Positions 9,002 through 19,949 of a stretch of DNA of 64,000 bases are shown here, one piece after another. The notes under the pieces are model-generated. The model was given only the letters and a program-made list of their open reading frames with translations, had not been told where the DNA came from and searched no databases. This DNA comes from Guillardia theta CCMP2712 (taxonomy: Eukaryota; Protista; Cryptophyta), in assembly GCF_000315625.1 (NCBI RefSeq), contig NW_005434481.1:1-64000 (forward strand), written 5' to 3'. Every line of letters starts with the position of its first letter. The first letter of the stretch is position 1. The position numbers and the translations under genes are program-made.

Positions 9002-10767
9002 GGAGGACGGGGCTCTCCTCCCGACTGGGTCTGCAAGCGATTCAGCTATGGCTTGCGCTTGCACATGACTGCTCTGCCAACCGTGTGGTGACTCAAATCA
9101 ATGGGTAACGCTTCAGAGCTCGGCGAACTTCCTTGACAGTGACTTTCGCCTGCTTCAGGACGAATACCAAGTACCATGATGGCGGCATGGCGGCGGTACT
9201 GGGGCCGACAATCGTCAGGTCTACTCCGCGCAGGTTGATCGTTCATTCTCCGGGGCCCGGCGCGGCGTAAGCACTGAGCGTAAGTCCGGTATTCCTGGCA
9301 AGGAACTTCGGAACTTCGGAACAAGCCTGAACTTGGGCTCCAAAGAGGCTCGTGGCAGGCTCGGCAGGAGTCCCGGCCAAGAGCGGTGGAGACTCCTCCT
9401 CTCGAAGAACGTCGACCAGCACCGTACAAGAGACTCAGGGAGAGAATCGGGCTAGCCATGATGAGCTTATTGAGTCATGGTACGGTACCGGGTAGCCTGG
9501 AGAGGATGGCCCGGGATACTCAATACTATGAGTAATCATTCAGTCCTGTACGGTGCTTGCCGCACAACTTCAAAGTACCGGTTCAACGGCCCTTCAACAG
9601 TGCCCGGCCGCGGCCGCGCGAGTCACCCGGGCCGTGGCCGCGGGCAGTGACCCCGCCGCTGAGTACCGGCGTACGGCGGTAGTACCGGCCGCCCGGCGCG
9701 GCGCGGCCCCGGCCCGGTTGCCTCCCGGCGAGTCCCCGGTTCCGACCGGCCCGGTGCGAGCGGCGGAGCGCGGCCGGCCCGCCGCGAGGCGCCCATCGCA
9801 CACTGAGCCGTCGGCCCCCGGTGCGAGCCTGTGCCGGCGCCTTCCGAAGTTCGAGAGTGACCGTGCGGCGCGGCTGCCGCACACGGTGACCGGGTGCCGC
9901 TGGCCCGGTCAGTGCGGTCCGGGCCGTCTCGGCGGGCCGAGTCGGCGCCGTCCGTCATCATCCGAACTTCGCCGGAACTTGACCGTACTTCAATAATGCC
10001 ACGCGGTCGGTCGGACTCCTGAGACTCAGTGACTCTTGCCAGTCCCGCCGCGAGGCTCTGAGCGGCTCGCCGCCCGGCGCTAGCCAGTGACCGGGTGGTT
10101 GAACGGCCCGCGGCCGGCCCGCGGGGCTCGCCCGGCGGCAAGGCCGCCTCCGAGGCTCCCGGCGCCGCCGCCGCTCCGACCGACTCACAGAGTCCCACTG
10201 GCACTGCCGGCCGAGTCACGGTCACCGGTCCGATCGAGGACTCCAGAGTGCCGGGCCCGCCGGGCCCGGGCGGGGACAGTCACCGGGCCGCCCGCCGCCG
10301 GGGCGGGGCCCCGGCGCCCGGCCGGGGGGGCATGCCGGGGCCGGGTCCGTCACCGTGACCCGGCGCTTCAGGAAGCAGTACGGTGAGTGAGAGTCAACCG
10401 CTGCGGCTCACTGCGTTGCAAACTTGCCCGGAGTCCGGGTCCGAGTCAGGGCCGCCGGTCCGCGGCTCCACTGTGACTTCGGCCGGAACCGTCTTCGGAA
10501 CTTGCGGAGTGCCGCAGTCACTGAGTGCCTTGAAGGCTTCCGGGCAAGTTGAACGCCGGATGCTGGCAGCCTGTCGCCATACTGACACATGATTGGCGAC
10601 TAACGGAGTTTAAGACTACGGTAAAGTCACTGCCAGAGTGCAGCAGGGATTTCGATGCCGCGTAATTTAATGTTCGCCCAAGCCTGCGTGAGAGCTGCGA
10701 CTCCTTGACGGGAACTTCAGTGAAGCGGCAGTCTGAGCCCCGCTCTCCCTTGCTAATGCCGGTGAGC

Positions 10768-13128
10768 TCACACGACATCAATACCCGCTACCTCTGCCTG
10801 CCTCCCTTCCTGCCCTCGCTTCCATCCGTACTCCTCCAGCGCACCGCTGCCCGTGATTTGGCCTATCCGAAAGGCCTCGAGACTTTCTCGCGGCACCATG
10901 AACACCACCCTCACCTTCCATCCAGCTGCTGGGATGCCAAGCCCCGTGAGAGCCTCTGCGAAGAAAGCCAGCTTGAAAGCGTGGACGTTTGCCTCTGTCA
11001 CCTGCACAAACTCTACTAACTTCCCGCGAGGCTCTACTATGATAGCGTCGTAGCCTCCTTGAAAGGGGTTGACGGGCTTCAAGCAAGTTCTCTCTGCAGG
11101 AAGCGTTTGCATGCCTCCCTTTGCATCAAAGGTGATGACTGGACATCCCTCCCATTGCGTGAGCTCTTGAGATCCCCGATACCTCAGGCTCAGCCCGTAC
11201 TTGATCTTCTTGAAAAAGAAAAGCTCGAAAAGATGGCCCCTTGTAGTCGGATTGCTTGCCCCATACTTTGAGAAAAGCCTCGTCAACGTGTCTAGTTCTA
11301 CCGCTTCTGCAAGCTTCGTCGCGACATACTTGCTCACAGGCATCCAGATCGATGCCCCGTTGTACTCGAAGCACGCAATCAAGCGGTTTACAGTCTGCGG
11401 TGATGAGTCGCCTATGTTGCCATCGAAAATGATTTCTAGGTTTGGACAGAATCTCAAAGCCGTATCCAGCCTCTGTTTCACCAATGATGCGGGCGTCTCG
11501 AACATGTACCGACATGAGCCGCCAGCCAGGTAGTATTTCAGCTTGATCTTCTCTCGTTCAGACCTGTTCCTCTTCCATGTCTTCAAGCCCATGCTCGCCG
11601 CACTTTCATCCTCCTCCAGCATGCATGCTACACCCTGATAGAAATCGTCCCACTCCACTGCTTCCAGGTACTCACTCTCCGTCCAAGATACAACGGTGTG
11701 CTCTTGGAGATTCACCCGATTGTCAGCTTCATCGTTTGTCTTTCCTCGAGAGGACATCGATGTCGCTACTACAACCCGTCGATTCTCTCGATCAGCTAGC
11801 AGCCATTTCCTACATGCGTCCAAGAAGTCTACGTGATGTGATTCATGCCTCAAGAACCCGTCCAGGACCACAAAACCCTTCTTGTAGTCCTGCCATTCTT
11901 CCAGCATTCTGTTGATTCCTACCCACGAGGAGCGCTTTGGAATGCTGCACGATCTCCTCTTATCGCCGAGGATTTGGATGCAATCAGCGTCGTCGGATGC
12001 ATTCAGCCTGATGAGCGTTACGCTCCATTCCCTCATGTCAAGAGATAAGCAGAAGGCTAGCGTCGTCGTCGTCTTCCCCGTTCCCGGCGGGCCTTGGATC
12101 CAGCCCAGAGCCTGCTTCTCCACCACCTTCTCCCTCAGGAAACAATGCTGATTCTTGAAAGCTTCCCGGCAGTAGAGAAGAAGCTCTCCGTCTCTTTGTA
12201 GGTAGGATGCATCGAGACGAAAGTACTTGTTGTCGTTGCAAAAGCCCGTCCGATCCAGTCTTGCATCTGACTCGATCCAAGCAATCGGTGGCACATGGGA
12301 TCCGGTGCTCTGTCTCAAAAGGATAAGTTTTTCTTCTCCAAGCTGCGTCAGACGTGCTCCAAGCTGCGTCAGACGTGCTCCAATCTGCTCGTGTCTCCTG
12401 ACAAGGGCAGCCTTCATCGTGGGATCCTGTTCATGTCTGATCTGATCCAGTACCTCCTGGATGTTTTGTTCCACAAGCTGCATCTTTCCTTCTACCCCCC
12501 TTATTTTAGCTTCTACATGCTCGATCTTTTCTTCTACCCCCTTGATATCTGTTCCTACAGGCTTGACATATCCTTCTCCTTCCTGCTCGGCAGACTGGTT
12601 ACTGACATTCATCCCAGAGTAGCACACCCGGCGCCTCTTGCTCGCCTCGTTGTTCCCTTCCGGCGATGACTCGCATATCTCCCCCCCTCCCGAGATATCA
12701 CCTCGTCCTCCCTCCCTAGCGCCCATAGCCCTCGCCCCTCGCCCTCTTGCTTCTCTCTGCGGGCTGCGCATCTTGACCTCAGCAAGCGGGTCCTTGTCAG
12801 CCTTGCCGACCTGCTCTGCCATACAGCGCACCGAGCAGTACCCACGGATATACGGCACTCGGTAGGGGTCATCAGTGGGGGTACTAAAGAAAAACCTTTC
12901 ACCAATGGTGCGCCGCGAGGGTCGACGGAGAAGTGTGGACTTGAAGCTGGGCAGCGACATGTATGTTACAAGTAAAGGAGCGAAGAATGTTCGTATGATC
13001 AGAACGTGTAAGAAGACTAAAAGCTTACAGATCCATAGCTTACAGATCCTTACCACGTTGAAGCACTGTCGAGCTAGGCCACCTTGCAAGCTGACGTGCT
13101 TGATGCTTTGACTCTTCACGTCCCTCAT
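10768..13128 (-). CDS. Crinkler/RHS-type (CR) protein: coiled coil, P-loop NTPase, C-terminal PD-(D/E)xK-like endonuclease
   Basis: LYCR, Walker A GPPGTGKT, Walker B FVVLDG, VVVATS, SWTESEY, YYLAGGSCRYMF, GHLFE and QGGYDAII...FVQVT...HAFK, a motif series I recognise from oomycete CRN C-terminal NTPase-REase modules. True start codon is uncertain. Confidence 0.8.
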   Translation of the reverse strand: MRDVKSQSIKHVSLQGGLARQCFNVVRICKLWICKLLVFLHVLIIRTFFAPLLVTYMSLPSFKSTLLRRPSRRTIGERFFFSTPTDDPYRVPYIRGYCSVRCMAEQVGKADKDPLAEVKMRSPQREARGRGARAMGAREGGRGDISGGGEICESSPEGNNEASKRRRVCYSGMNVSNQSAEQEGEGYVKPVGTDIKGVEEKIEHVEAKIRGVEGKMQLVEQNIQEVLDQIRHEQDPTMKAALVRRHEQIGARLTQLGARLTQLGEEKLILLRQSTGSHVPPIAWIESDARLDRTGFCNDNKYFRLDASYLQRDGELLLYCREAFKNQHCFLREKVVEKQALGWIQGPPGTGKTTTTLAFCLSLDMREWSVTLIRLNASDDADCIQILGDKRRSCSIPKRSSWVGINRMLEEWQDYKKGFVVLDGFLRHESHHVDFLDACRKWLLADRENRRVVVATSMSSRGKTNDEADNRVNLQEHTVVSWTESEYLEAVEWDDFYQGVACMLEEDESAASMGLKTWKRNRSEREKIKLKYYLAGGSCRYMFETPASLVKQRLDTALRFCPNLEIIFDGNIGDSSPQTVNRLIACFEYNGASIWMPVSKYVATKLAEAVELDTLTRLFSKYGASNPTTRGHLFELFFFKKIKYGLSLRYRGSQELTQWEGCPVITFDAKGGMQTLPAERTCLKPVNPFQGGYDAIIVEPRGKLVEFVQVTEANVHAFKLAFFAEALTGLGIPAAGWKVRVVFMVPRESLEAFRIGQITGSGALEEYGWKRGQEGRQAEVAGIDVV

Positions 13129-13686
13129 GCGTCATGGTTGATGGCTTTCATCGCTGACATGATCATGGCATGTGCATGAGCTGCTTGTTGCTAGACTTCA
13201 GACATGGCAAATTGCGATGGCGACGGGATGCAGCAGACATTCATGAGTCTCGCTTGGTTCTCGTATGATTCAAGGAGGAGACCCATGTGACCTGTAAGCT
13301 ACATGATCTCACTCTGCCCTCTTTAGGCCCACATCTGATCTTGAGGGGCAGATGGAGAGATGGAGACAGATGGTTGCAGTGTTGGATGATGACATTCAAT
13401 GTTGTGGTCGTCAATCGTCTCCTTCAATGGTTGCTCACGCTCTCTGAAGGAACTGTGTGCCAGGAGGCACCAGGCACGATGAGAGTGCAAATCTGACGCA
13501 ATAAAGGGCTATCAGAATGAAGCCTGGTACTCACGTTTGAAACTGACTTCCTGGGTTACCCAGGGCGCTCAATCTAAGCTCAATCATTCTGCTGGAAAGG
13601 ACTGCTGGAAAGGACGGGTCTTGTGAAACAAACTGGCAGGGGCTGAATATCCGTGCTGGGTTACAAACGAAGAACGGGCGAGCCTG

Positions 13687-14362
13687 GAGTACAAGCAGCC
13701 TCCTCGTGTGCGTCAAAGCATTGAGTACAAGCAGCCTCCTCGTGTGCGTCAAAGCATTGAGTACAAGCAGCCTCCTCGTGTGCGTCAAAGCATTGAGTAC
13801 AAGCAGCCTCCTCGTGTGCGTCGCAGGATGGAGTACAAGCAGCCTCCTCGTGTGCGTCGCAGGATGGAGTACAAGCAGCCTCCTCGTGTGCGTCGCAGGA
13901 TGGAGTACAAGCAGCCTCCTCGTGTGCGTCGCAGGATTGAGTACAAGCAGCCTCCTCGTGTGCGTCGCAGGAATGAGTACAAGCAGCCTCCTCGTGTGCG
14001 TCGCAGGAATGAGTACAAGCAGCCTCCTCGTGTGCGTCGCAGGATGGAGTACAAGCAGCCTCCTCGTGTGCGTCGCAGGATGGAGTACAAGCAGCCTCCT
14101 CGTGTGCGTCGCAGGATTGAGTACAAGCAGCCTCCTCGTGTGCGTCGCAGGATTGAGTACAAGCGGCCTCCTCGTGTGCGTCGCAGGAATGAGTACAAGC
14201 AGCCTCCTCGTGTGCGTCGCAGGATGGAGTACAAGCAGCCTCCTCGTGTGCGTCGCAGGATTGAGTACAAGCAGCCTCCTCGTGTGCGTCGCAGGATGGA
14301 GTACAAGCAGCCTCCTCGTGTGCGTCGAAGGATGGAGTACAAGCAGCCTCCTCGTGTGCGTC
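13687..14362 (+). repeat. 36-bp minisatellite, 19 units
   Basis: Same unit as 8578-9001. Confidence 0.95.
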
Positions 14363-16174
14363 GGAGGACGGGGCTCTCCTCCCGACTGGGTCTGCAAGCG
14401 ATTCAGCTATGGCTTGCGCTTGCACATGACTGCTCTGCCAACGGTGGTGACTCAAATCAATGGGTAACGCTTCAGAGCTCGGCGAACTTCCCTTGACTTT
14501 CGCCTGCTTCAGGAGGCCACAGTGAAGATCGATAACAAAACGAATACCAAGTACCATGATGGCGGCATGGTGGTACTGGGGCCGACAATCGTCAGGTCTA
14601 CTCCGCGCAGGTTGATCGTTCATTCTCCGGGGGCGGCGTAAGCACTGAGCGTAAGTCCGGTATTCCTGGCAAGGAACTTCGGAACTTCGGAACAAGCCTG
14701 AACTTGGGCTCCAAAGAGCCTCGTGGCAGGCTCGGCAGGAGTCCAAGAGCGGTGGAGACTCCTCCTCTCGAAGAACGTCGACCAGCACCGTACAAGAGAC
14801 TCAGGGAGAGAATCGGGCTAGCCATGATGAGCTTATTGAGTCATGGTACGGTACCGGGTAGCCTGGAGAGGATGGCCCGGGATACTCAATACTATGAGTA
14901 ATCATTCAGTCCTGTACGGTGCTTGCCGCACTGCACACCAGCCTGCGTGACGGTGGCAACCGTTCAAAGTACCGGTTCAACGGCCCTTCAACAGTGCCCG
15001 GCCGGCCGCGGCCGCGCGAGTCACCCGGGCCGTGGCCGCGGGCAGTGACCCCGCCGCTGAGTACCGGCGTACGGCGGTAGTACCGGCCGCCCGGCGCGGC
15101 GGCCCCGGCCCGGTTGCCTCCCGGCGAGTCCCCGGTTCCGACCGGCCCGGCGCAAGTCGGACCGGGCTGGCCCGGCGCGAGGCGCCCATCGCACACTGAG
15201 CCGTCGGCCCCCGGTGCGAGTGCCGGCGCCTTCCGAAGTTGGAGAGTGACCGTGCGGCGCGGCTGCCGCACACGGTGACCGGGTGCCGCTGGCCCGGTCA
15301 GTGCGGTCCGGGCCGTCTCGGCGGGCCGAGTCGGCGCCGTCCGTCATCATCCGAACTTCGCCGGAACTTGACCGTACTTCAATAATGCCACGCGGTCGGT
15401 CGGACTCCTGAGACTCAGTGACTCTTGGCAGTCCTAGCCAGCCTGTGACGGTGGTTGAACGGCCCGCGACCGGCCCGCCAAGCTCGCCCGGCGGCAAGGC
15501 CGCCTCCGAGGCTCGCCGCCGCCGCTCCGACCGTACCGACTCACAGAGTCACTGGCCGAGTCCGATCGAGGACTCTCAGAGTGCCGGGCCGGGCCCGCCG
15601 GCCCCGGCAATCTGGGGACACTGTAACGGGGCGGCCGGGGACACTGTAACCGGGCCGCCCGCCGCCGGGGCCGCGGGGCCCGGCGCCCGGCCGGGGGGGC
15701 ATGCCGGGGCCGGGTCCGTCACCGTGACCCGGCGCTTCAGGAAGCAGTGAGTGAGAGTCAACCGCTGCGGCTCACTGCGTTGCAAACTTGCCCGGAGTCC
15801 GGGTCCGAGTCAGGGCCGCCGCGCCGGGCTTCGGAAGTTCGGGGGAGTCCCGGCCCGGGCCGCACACGGTCCGCGGCTCCACTGTGACTTCGGCCGGAAC
15901 CGTCTTCGGAACTTGCGGAGTGCCGCAGTCACTGAGTGCCTTGAAGGCTTCCGGGCAAGTTGAACGCCGGACGCTGGCAGCCTGTCGCCATACTGACACA
16001 TGATTGGCGACTAACGGAGTTTAAGACTACGGTAAAGTCACTGAGTGCAGCAGGGATTTCGATGCCGCGTAATTTAATGTTCGCCCAAGCCTGCGTGAAA
16101 GCTGCGACTCCTTGACGGGAACTTCAGTGAAGCGGCAGTCTGAGCCCCGCTCTCCCTTGCTAATGCCGGTGAGC

Positions 16175-18535
16175 TCACACGACATCAATACCCGCTACCT
16201 CTGCCTGCCTCCCTTCCTGCCCTCGCTTCCATCCGTACTCCTCCAGCGCACCGCTGCCCGTGATTTGGCCTATCCGAAAGGCCTCGAGACTTTCTCGCGG
16301 CACCATGAACACCACCCTCACCTTCCATCCAGCTGCTGGGATGCCAAGCCCCGTGAGAGCCTCTGCGAAGAAAGCCAGCTTGAAAGCGTGGACGTTTGCC
16401 TCTGTCACCTGCACAAACTCTACTAACTTCCCGCGAGGCTCTACTATGATAGCGTCGTAGCCTCCTTGAAAGGGGTTGACGGGCTTCAAGCAAGTTCTCT
16501 CTGCAGGAAGCGTTTGCATGCCTCCCTTTGCATCAAAGGTGATGACTGGACATCCCTCCCATTGCGTGAGCTCTTGAGATCCCCGATACCTCAGGCTCAG
16601 CCCGTACTTGATCTTCTTGAAAAAGAAAAGCTCGAAAAGATGGCCCCTTGTAGTCGGATTGCTTGCCCCATACTTTGAGAAAAGCCTCGTCAACGTGTCT
16701 AGTTCTACCGCTTCTGCAAGCTTCGTCGCGACATACTTGCTCACAGGCATCCAGATCGATGCCCCGTTGTACTCGAAGCACGCAATCAAGCGGTTTACAG
16801 TCTGCGGTGATGAGTCGCCTATGTTGCCATCGAAAATGATTTCTAGGTTTGGACAGAATCTCAAAGCCGTATCCAGCCTCTGTTTCACCAATGATGCGGG
16901 CGTCTCGAACATGTACCGACATGAGCCGCCAGCCAGGTAGTATTTCAGCTTGATCTTCTCTCGTTCAGACCTGTTCCTCTTCCATGTCTTCAAGCCCATG
17001 CTCGCCGCACTTTCATCCTCCTCCAGCATGCATGCTACACCCTGATAGAAATCGTCCCACTCCACTGCTTCCAGGTACTCACTCTCCGTCCAAGATACAA
17101 CGGTGTGTTCTTGGAGATTCACCCGATTGTCAGCTTCATCGTTTGTCTTTCCTCGAGAGGACATCGATGTCGCTACTACAACCCGTCGATTCTCTCGATC
17201 AGCTAGCAGCCATTTCCTACATGCGTCCAAGAAGTCTACGTGATGTGATTCATGCCTCAAGATCCCGTCCAGGACCACAAAACCCTTCTTGTAGTCCTGC
17301 CATTCTTCCAGCATTCTGTTGATTCCTACCCACGAGGAGCGCTTTGGAATGCTGCACGATCTCCTCTTATCGCCGAGGATTTGGATGCAATCAGCGTCGT
17401 CGGATGCATTCAGCCTGATGAGCGTTACGCTCCATTCCCTCATGTCAAGAGATAAGCAGAAGGCTAGCGTCGTCGTCGTCTTCCCCGTTCCCGGCGGGCC
17501 TTGGATCCAGCCCAGAGCCTGCTTCTCCACCACCTTCTCCCTCAGGAAACAATGCTGATTCTTGAAAGCTTCCCGGCAGTAGAGAAGAAGCTCTCCGTCT
17601 CTTTGTAGGTAGGATGCATCGAGACGAAAGTACTTGTTGTCGTTGCAAAAGCCCGTCCGATCCAGTCTTGCATCTGACTCGATCCAAGCAATCGGTGGCA
17701 CATGGGATCCGGTGCTCTGTCTCAAAAGGATAAGTTTTTCTTCTCCAAGCTGCATCTTATCGTCTCCAAGCTGCTTCTTATCATCTCCAAGCTGCTCGTG
17801 TCTCCTGACAAGGGCAGCCTTCATCGTGGGATCCTGTTCATGTCTGATCTGATCCAGTACCTCTTGGATGTTTTGTTCCACAAGCTGCATCTTTCCTTCT
17901 ACCCCCCTTATTTTAGCTTCTACATGCTCGATCTTTTCTTCTACCCCCTTGATATCTGTTCCTACAGGCTTGACATATCCTTCTCCTTCCTGCTCGGCAG
18001 ACTGGTTACTGACATTCATCCTAGAGTAGCACACCCGGCGCCTCTTGCTCGCCTCGTTGTTCCCTTCCGGCGATGACTCGCATATCTCCCCCCCTCCCGA
18101 GATATCACCTCGTCCTCCCTCCCTAGCGCCCATAGCCCTCGCCCCTCGCCCTCTTGCTTCTCTCTGCGGGCTGCGCATCTTGACCTCAGCAAGCGGGTCC
18201 TTGTCAGCCTTGCCGACCTGCTCTGCCATACAGCGCACCGAGCAGTACCCACGGATATACGGCACTCGGTAGGGGTCATCAGTGGGGGTACTAAAGAAAA
18301 ACCTTTCACCAATGGTGCGCCGCGAGGGTCGACGGAGAAGTGTGGACTTGAAGCTGGGTAGCGACATGTATGTTACAAGTAAAGGAGCGAAGAATGTTCG
18401 TATGATCAGAACGTGTAAGAAGACTAAAAGCTTACAGATCCATAGCTTACAGATCCTTACCACGTTGAAGCACTGTCGAGCTAGGCCACCTTGCAAGCTG
18501 ACGTGCTTGATGCTTTGACTCTTCACGTCCCTCAT
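16175..18535 (-). CDS. CR NTPase-nuclease protein, tandem copy 2
   Basis: 786 aa, nearly identical to 10768-13128 except the heptad cassette (QLGDDKK/QLGDDKM) and a few substitutions. Confidence 0.8.
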   Translation of the reverse strand: MRDVKSQSIKHVSLQGGLARQCFNVVRICKLWICKLLVFLHVLIIRTFFAPLLVTYMSLPSFKSTLLRRPSRRTIGERFFFSTPTDDPYRVPYIRGYCSVRCMAEQVGKADKDPLAEVKMRSPQREARGRGARAMGAREGGRGDISGGGEICESSPEGNNEASKRRRVCYSRMNVSNQSAEQEGEGYVKPVGTDIKGVEEKIEHVEAKIRGVEGKMQLVEQNIQEVLDQIRHEQDPTMKAALVRRHEQLGDDKKQLGDDKMQLGEEKLILLRQSTGSHVPPIAWIESDARLDRTGFCNDNKYFRLDASYLQRDGELLLYCREAFKNQHCFLREKVVEKQALGWIQGPPGTGKTTTTLAFCLSLDMREWSVTLIRLNASDDADCIQILGDKRRSCSIPKRSSWVGINRMLEEWQDYKKGFVVLDGILRHESHHVDFLDACRKWLLADRENRRVVVATSMSSRGKTNDEADNRVNLQEHTVVSWTESEYLEAVEWDDFYQGVACMLEEDESAASMGLKTWKRNRSEREKIKLKYYLAGGSCRYMFETPASLVKQRLDTALRFCPNLEIIFDGNIGDSSPQTVNRLIACFEYNGASIWMPVSKYVATKLAEAVELDTLTRLFSKYGASNPTTRGHLFELFFFKKIKYGLSLRYRGSQELTQWEGCPVITFDAKGGMQTLPAERTCLKPVNPFQGGYDAIIVEPRGKLVEFVQVTEANVHAFKLAFFAEALTGLGIPAAGWKVRVVFMVPRESLEAFRIGQITGSGALEEYGWKRGQEGRQAEVAGIDVV

Positions 18536-19093
18536 GCGTCATGGTTGATGGCTTTCATCGCTGACATGATCATGGCATGTGCATGAGCTGCTTGTTGCTA
18601 GACTTCAGACATGGCAGATTGCGATGGCGACGGGATGCAGCAGACATTCATGAGTCTCTCTTGGTTCTCATATGATTCAAGGAGGAGACCCATGTGACCT
18701 GTAAGCTACATGATCTCACTCTGCCCTCTTTAGGCCCACATCTGATCTTGAGGGGCAGATGGAGAGATGGAGACAGATGGTTGCAGTGTTGGATGATGAC
18801 ATTCAATGTTGTGGTCGTCAATCGTCTCCTTCAATGGTTGCTCACGCTCTCTGAAGGAACTGTGTGCCAGGAGGCACCAGGCACGATGAGAGTGCAAATC
18901 TGACGCAATAAAGGGCTATCAGAATGAAGCCTGGTACTCACGTTTGAAACTGACTTCCTGGGTTACCCAGGGCGCTCAATCTAAGCTGAATCATTCTGCT
19001 GGAAAGGACTGCTGGAAAGGACGGGTCTTGTGAAACAAACTGAGAGGGGCTGAATATCCGTGCTGGGTTACAAACGAAGAACGGGCGAGCCTG

Positions 19094-19949
19094 GAGTACA
19101 AGCAGCCTCCTCGTGTGCGTCGAAGGATGGAGTACAAGCAGCCTCCTCGTGTGCGTCAAAGGATGGAGTACAAGCAGCCTCCTCGTGTGCGTCAAAGGAT
19201 GGAGTACAAGCAGCCTCCTCGTGTGCGTCGCAGGATGGAGTACAAGCAGCCTCCTCGTGTGCGTCGCAGGAATGAGTACAAGCAGCCTCCTCGTGTGCGT
19301 CGCAGGATGGAGTACAAGCAGCCTCCTCGTGTGCGTCGCAGGATGGAGTACAAGCAGCCTCCTCCTGTGCGTCGCAGGAAGGAGTACAAGCAGCCTCCTC
19401 GTGTGCGTCGCAGGATTGAGTACAAGCAGCCTCCTCGTGTGCGTCAAAGGATTGAGTACAAGCAGCCTCCTCGTGTGCGTCGCAGGATGGAGTACAAGCA
19501 GCCTCCTCGTGTGCGTCGCAGGATGGAGTACAAGCAGCCTCCTCGTGTGCGTCGCAGGATGGAGTACAAGCAGCCTCCTCGTGTGTGTCAAAGGATGGAG
19601 TACAAGCAGCCTCCTCGTGTGCGTCAAAGGATGGAGTACAAGCAGCCTCCTCGTGTCCGTCGCAGGATGGAGTACAAGCAGCCTCCTCGTGTGCGTCGCA
19701 GGATTGAGTACAAGCAGCCTCCTCGTGTGCGTCGCAGGATGGAGTACAAGCAGCCTCCTCGTGTGCGTCGCAGGATGGAGTACAAGCAGCCTCCTCGTGT
19801 GCGTCGCAGGATGGAGTACAAGCAGCCTCCTCGTGTGCGTCGCAGGATTGAGTACAAGCAGCCTCCTCGTGTGCGTCGCAGGATGGAGTACAAGCAGCCT
19901 CCTCGTGTGCGTCGCAGGAATGAGTACAAGCAGCCTCCTCGTGTGCGTC
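19094..19949 (+). repeat. 36-bp minisatellite, 24 units
   Basis: Same unit; additional variants GAAGGATG, GCAGGAAG, AAAGGATT. Confidence 0.95.

Noticed and set aside
9550-10600. Arg/Pro/Ala/Gly-rich ORFs in GC islands (also 14900-16000 and 49550-50300)
   Set aside because: Frames are not conserved between the two copies because of many indels; they are a compositional artefact.
10768-18535. Tandem copies as a pure assembly artefact
   Set aside because: Copies differ by heptad cassette, array length and order, SNPs and spacer indels. Adjacent placement of haplotypes cannot be fully excluded without reads.
8578-19949. 36-bp arrays as CRISPR arrays
   Set aside because: The variable part is only 8 nt and is drawn from a few related variants, not unique spacers. 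No cas genes; eukaryotic context.
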